From Octopus sinensis (taxonomy: Eukaryota): a DNA stretch of 64,000 nt. Below, piece by piece: positions 62,211-64,000 of the stretch. Made by a program: the position numbers and the translations under genes. Within the stretch, counting starts at the first letter, position 1. Each line of letters begins with the position of its first letter. Where the stretch lies: contig NC_043005.1 in the NCBI RefSeq assembly GCF_006345805.1, forward strand, positions 30,628,001 through 30,692,000. Reading direction: 5' to 3'. Under the pieces are notes generated by a model, which was not told the origin of the DNA, did no database searches, and saw only the letters and a list, made by a program, of their open reading frames with translations.

Positions 62211-64000
62211 GGAAAGACCCTTGGCCCTTTGGGCGTATAATTAATACATAAATGTATATGTACCCTCACACACACACATTAATATATTCTTTTATTCTTT
62301 AATTTGTTTCAGTCAGTTGACTGTGGCCATGCTGGAGCACCATCTTTAGTTGAACAAATCAACCCCAGGGCTTAATCTTTATAAGCCAAGTACTTATTCT
62401 ATTGGTCTCTTTTTGCTGAACAGCTAAGTTACTGGGATGTAAACACACCAACATAGGTTGTCAAGCAATGGTGGTGGGGGGAACAAACACAGACACACAA
62501 ACATACATACACACACATATGTATGACGGGCTTCTTTCAGTTTCTGTCTACCAAATCTACTCACAAGGCTTTGGTTAGCTTGAGGCTCTAGTAGAAGTGA
62601 CTTGCCCAAGGTGCCACGCAGTGGGACTGAACCTGGAACCATGTGGTTGATAAGCAAGCTACTTACCACACAGCCACACCTGTGTATATATCACACACCA
62701 CACACACACACACACACACCACACTCCCAAAGTCACATTACTAACCTTAAACAAATCAATAACTTCAAATAGTGTCACCAGCTTCCTCTGTTGCTATAGT
62801 AACTAAATTTCCCTCAACATCCTACTGTCTTTGAAGTGGAGAGCACATGTTTTAAAATCCTATATCTTAAGACTCCACAGGAAAAATAATATAATTCCTA
62901 CAAAAACACGGATTAACCATTTCTGATAATATTTCAGCTGGAATCCACTGCTTTTGTTTCAATTACTTTTGAGAATAATGGAGAATTTAGTAAAATAACT
63001 TTGTTATTTTTAAACTGGTGTTGAAATATAAATTAACATAAATTGACATAACTTGATGGAAGGATTTCATTTAGATCTGTTACATGTGAGTCACTAATGT
63101 AAGTTGGAAGGAATGTCTCCTATACGTAATGTGTTCGAGTTGTAACATAATGTGTGTAGTTAGTTTTTTTTAAAAGACAGTTCATAGAAAGAATCCATTT
63201 CCAGTGATTTCTTAAAGAGGCATGACTAAAGAATGTGCAGAAGGCAATTTTATAAAACAAAAACATTGAAATTTATTCAGTAGTGTAATGAGTGCTAGCA
63301 AGTGGTAACAAGGATAAATCATGCTTATGAATAGGAACCAAATATACGTGTATGCAAGACAGGAAAAATCGCATGACACTGAGGTTTATATGAAGCAGAG
63401 TGGAAGCTGATATTAATCAAATGAGCTGCATGTAGTTGGTGGTGGACACAGAAAATGTGACATGTTGAAGAAAGCGATGTTGCTTCTATGCCATCAAATC
63501 CAGCACAGAATGCTCAAGCTCTTCCAAAAAGGCACACGATACTGTTGGGTGGAGTTACACCTCCAGCTGATTGGCTGGAGTCTGCCAAACTACAACTGAA
63601 CTAAACCACAGCAACAAAATAGATCTTTCCTGTCTCGCTACAGATCTCTTTAATGTAGGAAGTTTGTGTCATAGAATTAGGGACATTCTCAGGAGGATTG
63701 GTATTGAAAGGGTTAAATGCTGTCATTTAAGCAGTAAACTCAATAGACATAAAGCATGGCACTAGATAAACGATTGCTCTCAGACATTCAATCTTTTAAA
63801 GGTTTATTCCAATGGAGTTGACTGCAGGTCAATGCAAAACAATTACAAGTGCAACAAGTAGTTCTAAATTTGTGTAAAAAATGTTGAACATCAGCAGATT
63901 GAAGTGTAAAAACAGTAAAAGGGACCTACCTACACCAACTTTTCTATAAGTGTCGGGAAAGGCAGAGTGCTGGCAGAATCATTAGCCCGCTGGACAAATT

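Overview
AT-rich, microsatellite-dense eukaryotic DNA. The SINE families, (TA)n/(CA)n/(TACA)n load and desaturase gene suggest an octopod cephalopod, probably Octopus (inference). Only one host gene is supported: a methyl-end (omega-x) fatty acid desaturase with an intronless CDS at 44846-45952 (-). The rest is mobile DNA: a very young CsRn1-clade Gypsy element (29641-35153), RTE, CR1, R4-like and Hero-like LINE remnants, three mariner remnants plus one DD41D transposon, a Helitron cluster and many tRNA-derived SINEs. Two structures stand out. (1) A ~557-bp tandem array at 26641-28822 carries one type I hammerhead ribozyme motif per unit and an inverted head segment, so it is a candidate retrozyme/circRNA-producing Penelope-like element. 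A related zero-spacer palindrome with two hammerheads lies at 60279-60592. (2) A head-to-tail trimer (9774-15132) of a ~1.78-kb retroelement encodes only an ORF1/Gag-like zinc-knuckle protein. It sits inside one 9-bp target duplication, shares its 3' tail with a SINE at 3670-3894, and its C-terminal domain differs mainly by amino-acid-changing substitutions. All alignments and RNA folds were done by eye. Many indels fall in homopolymers and may be assembly errors.
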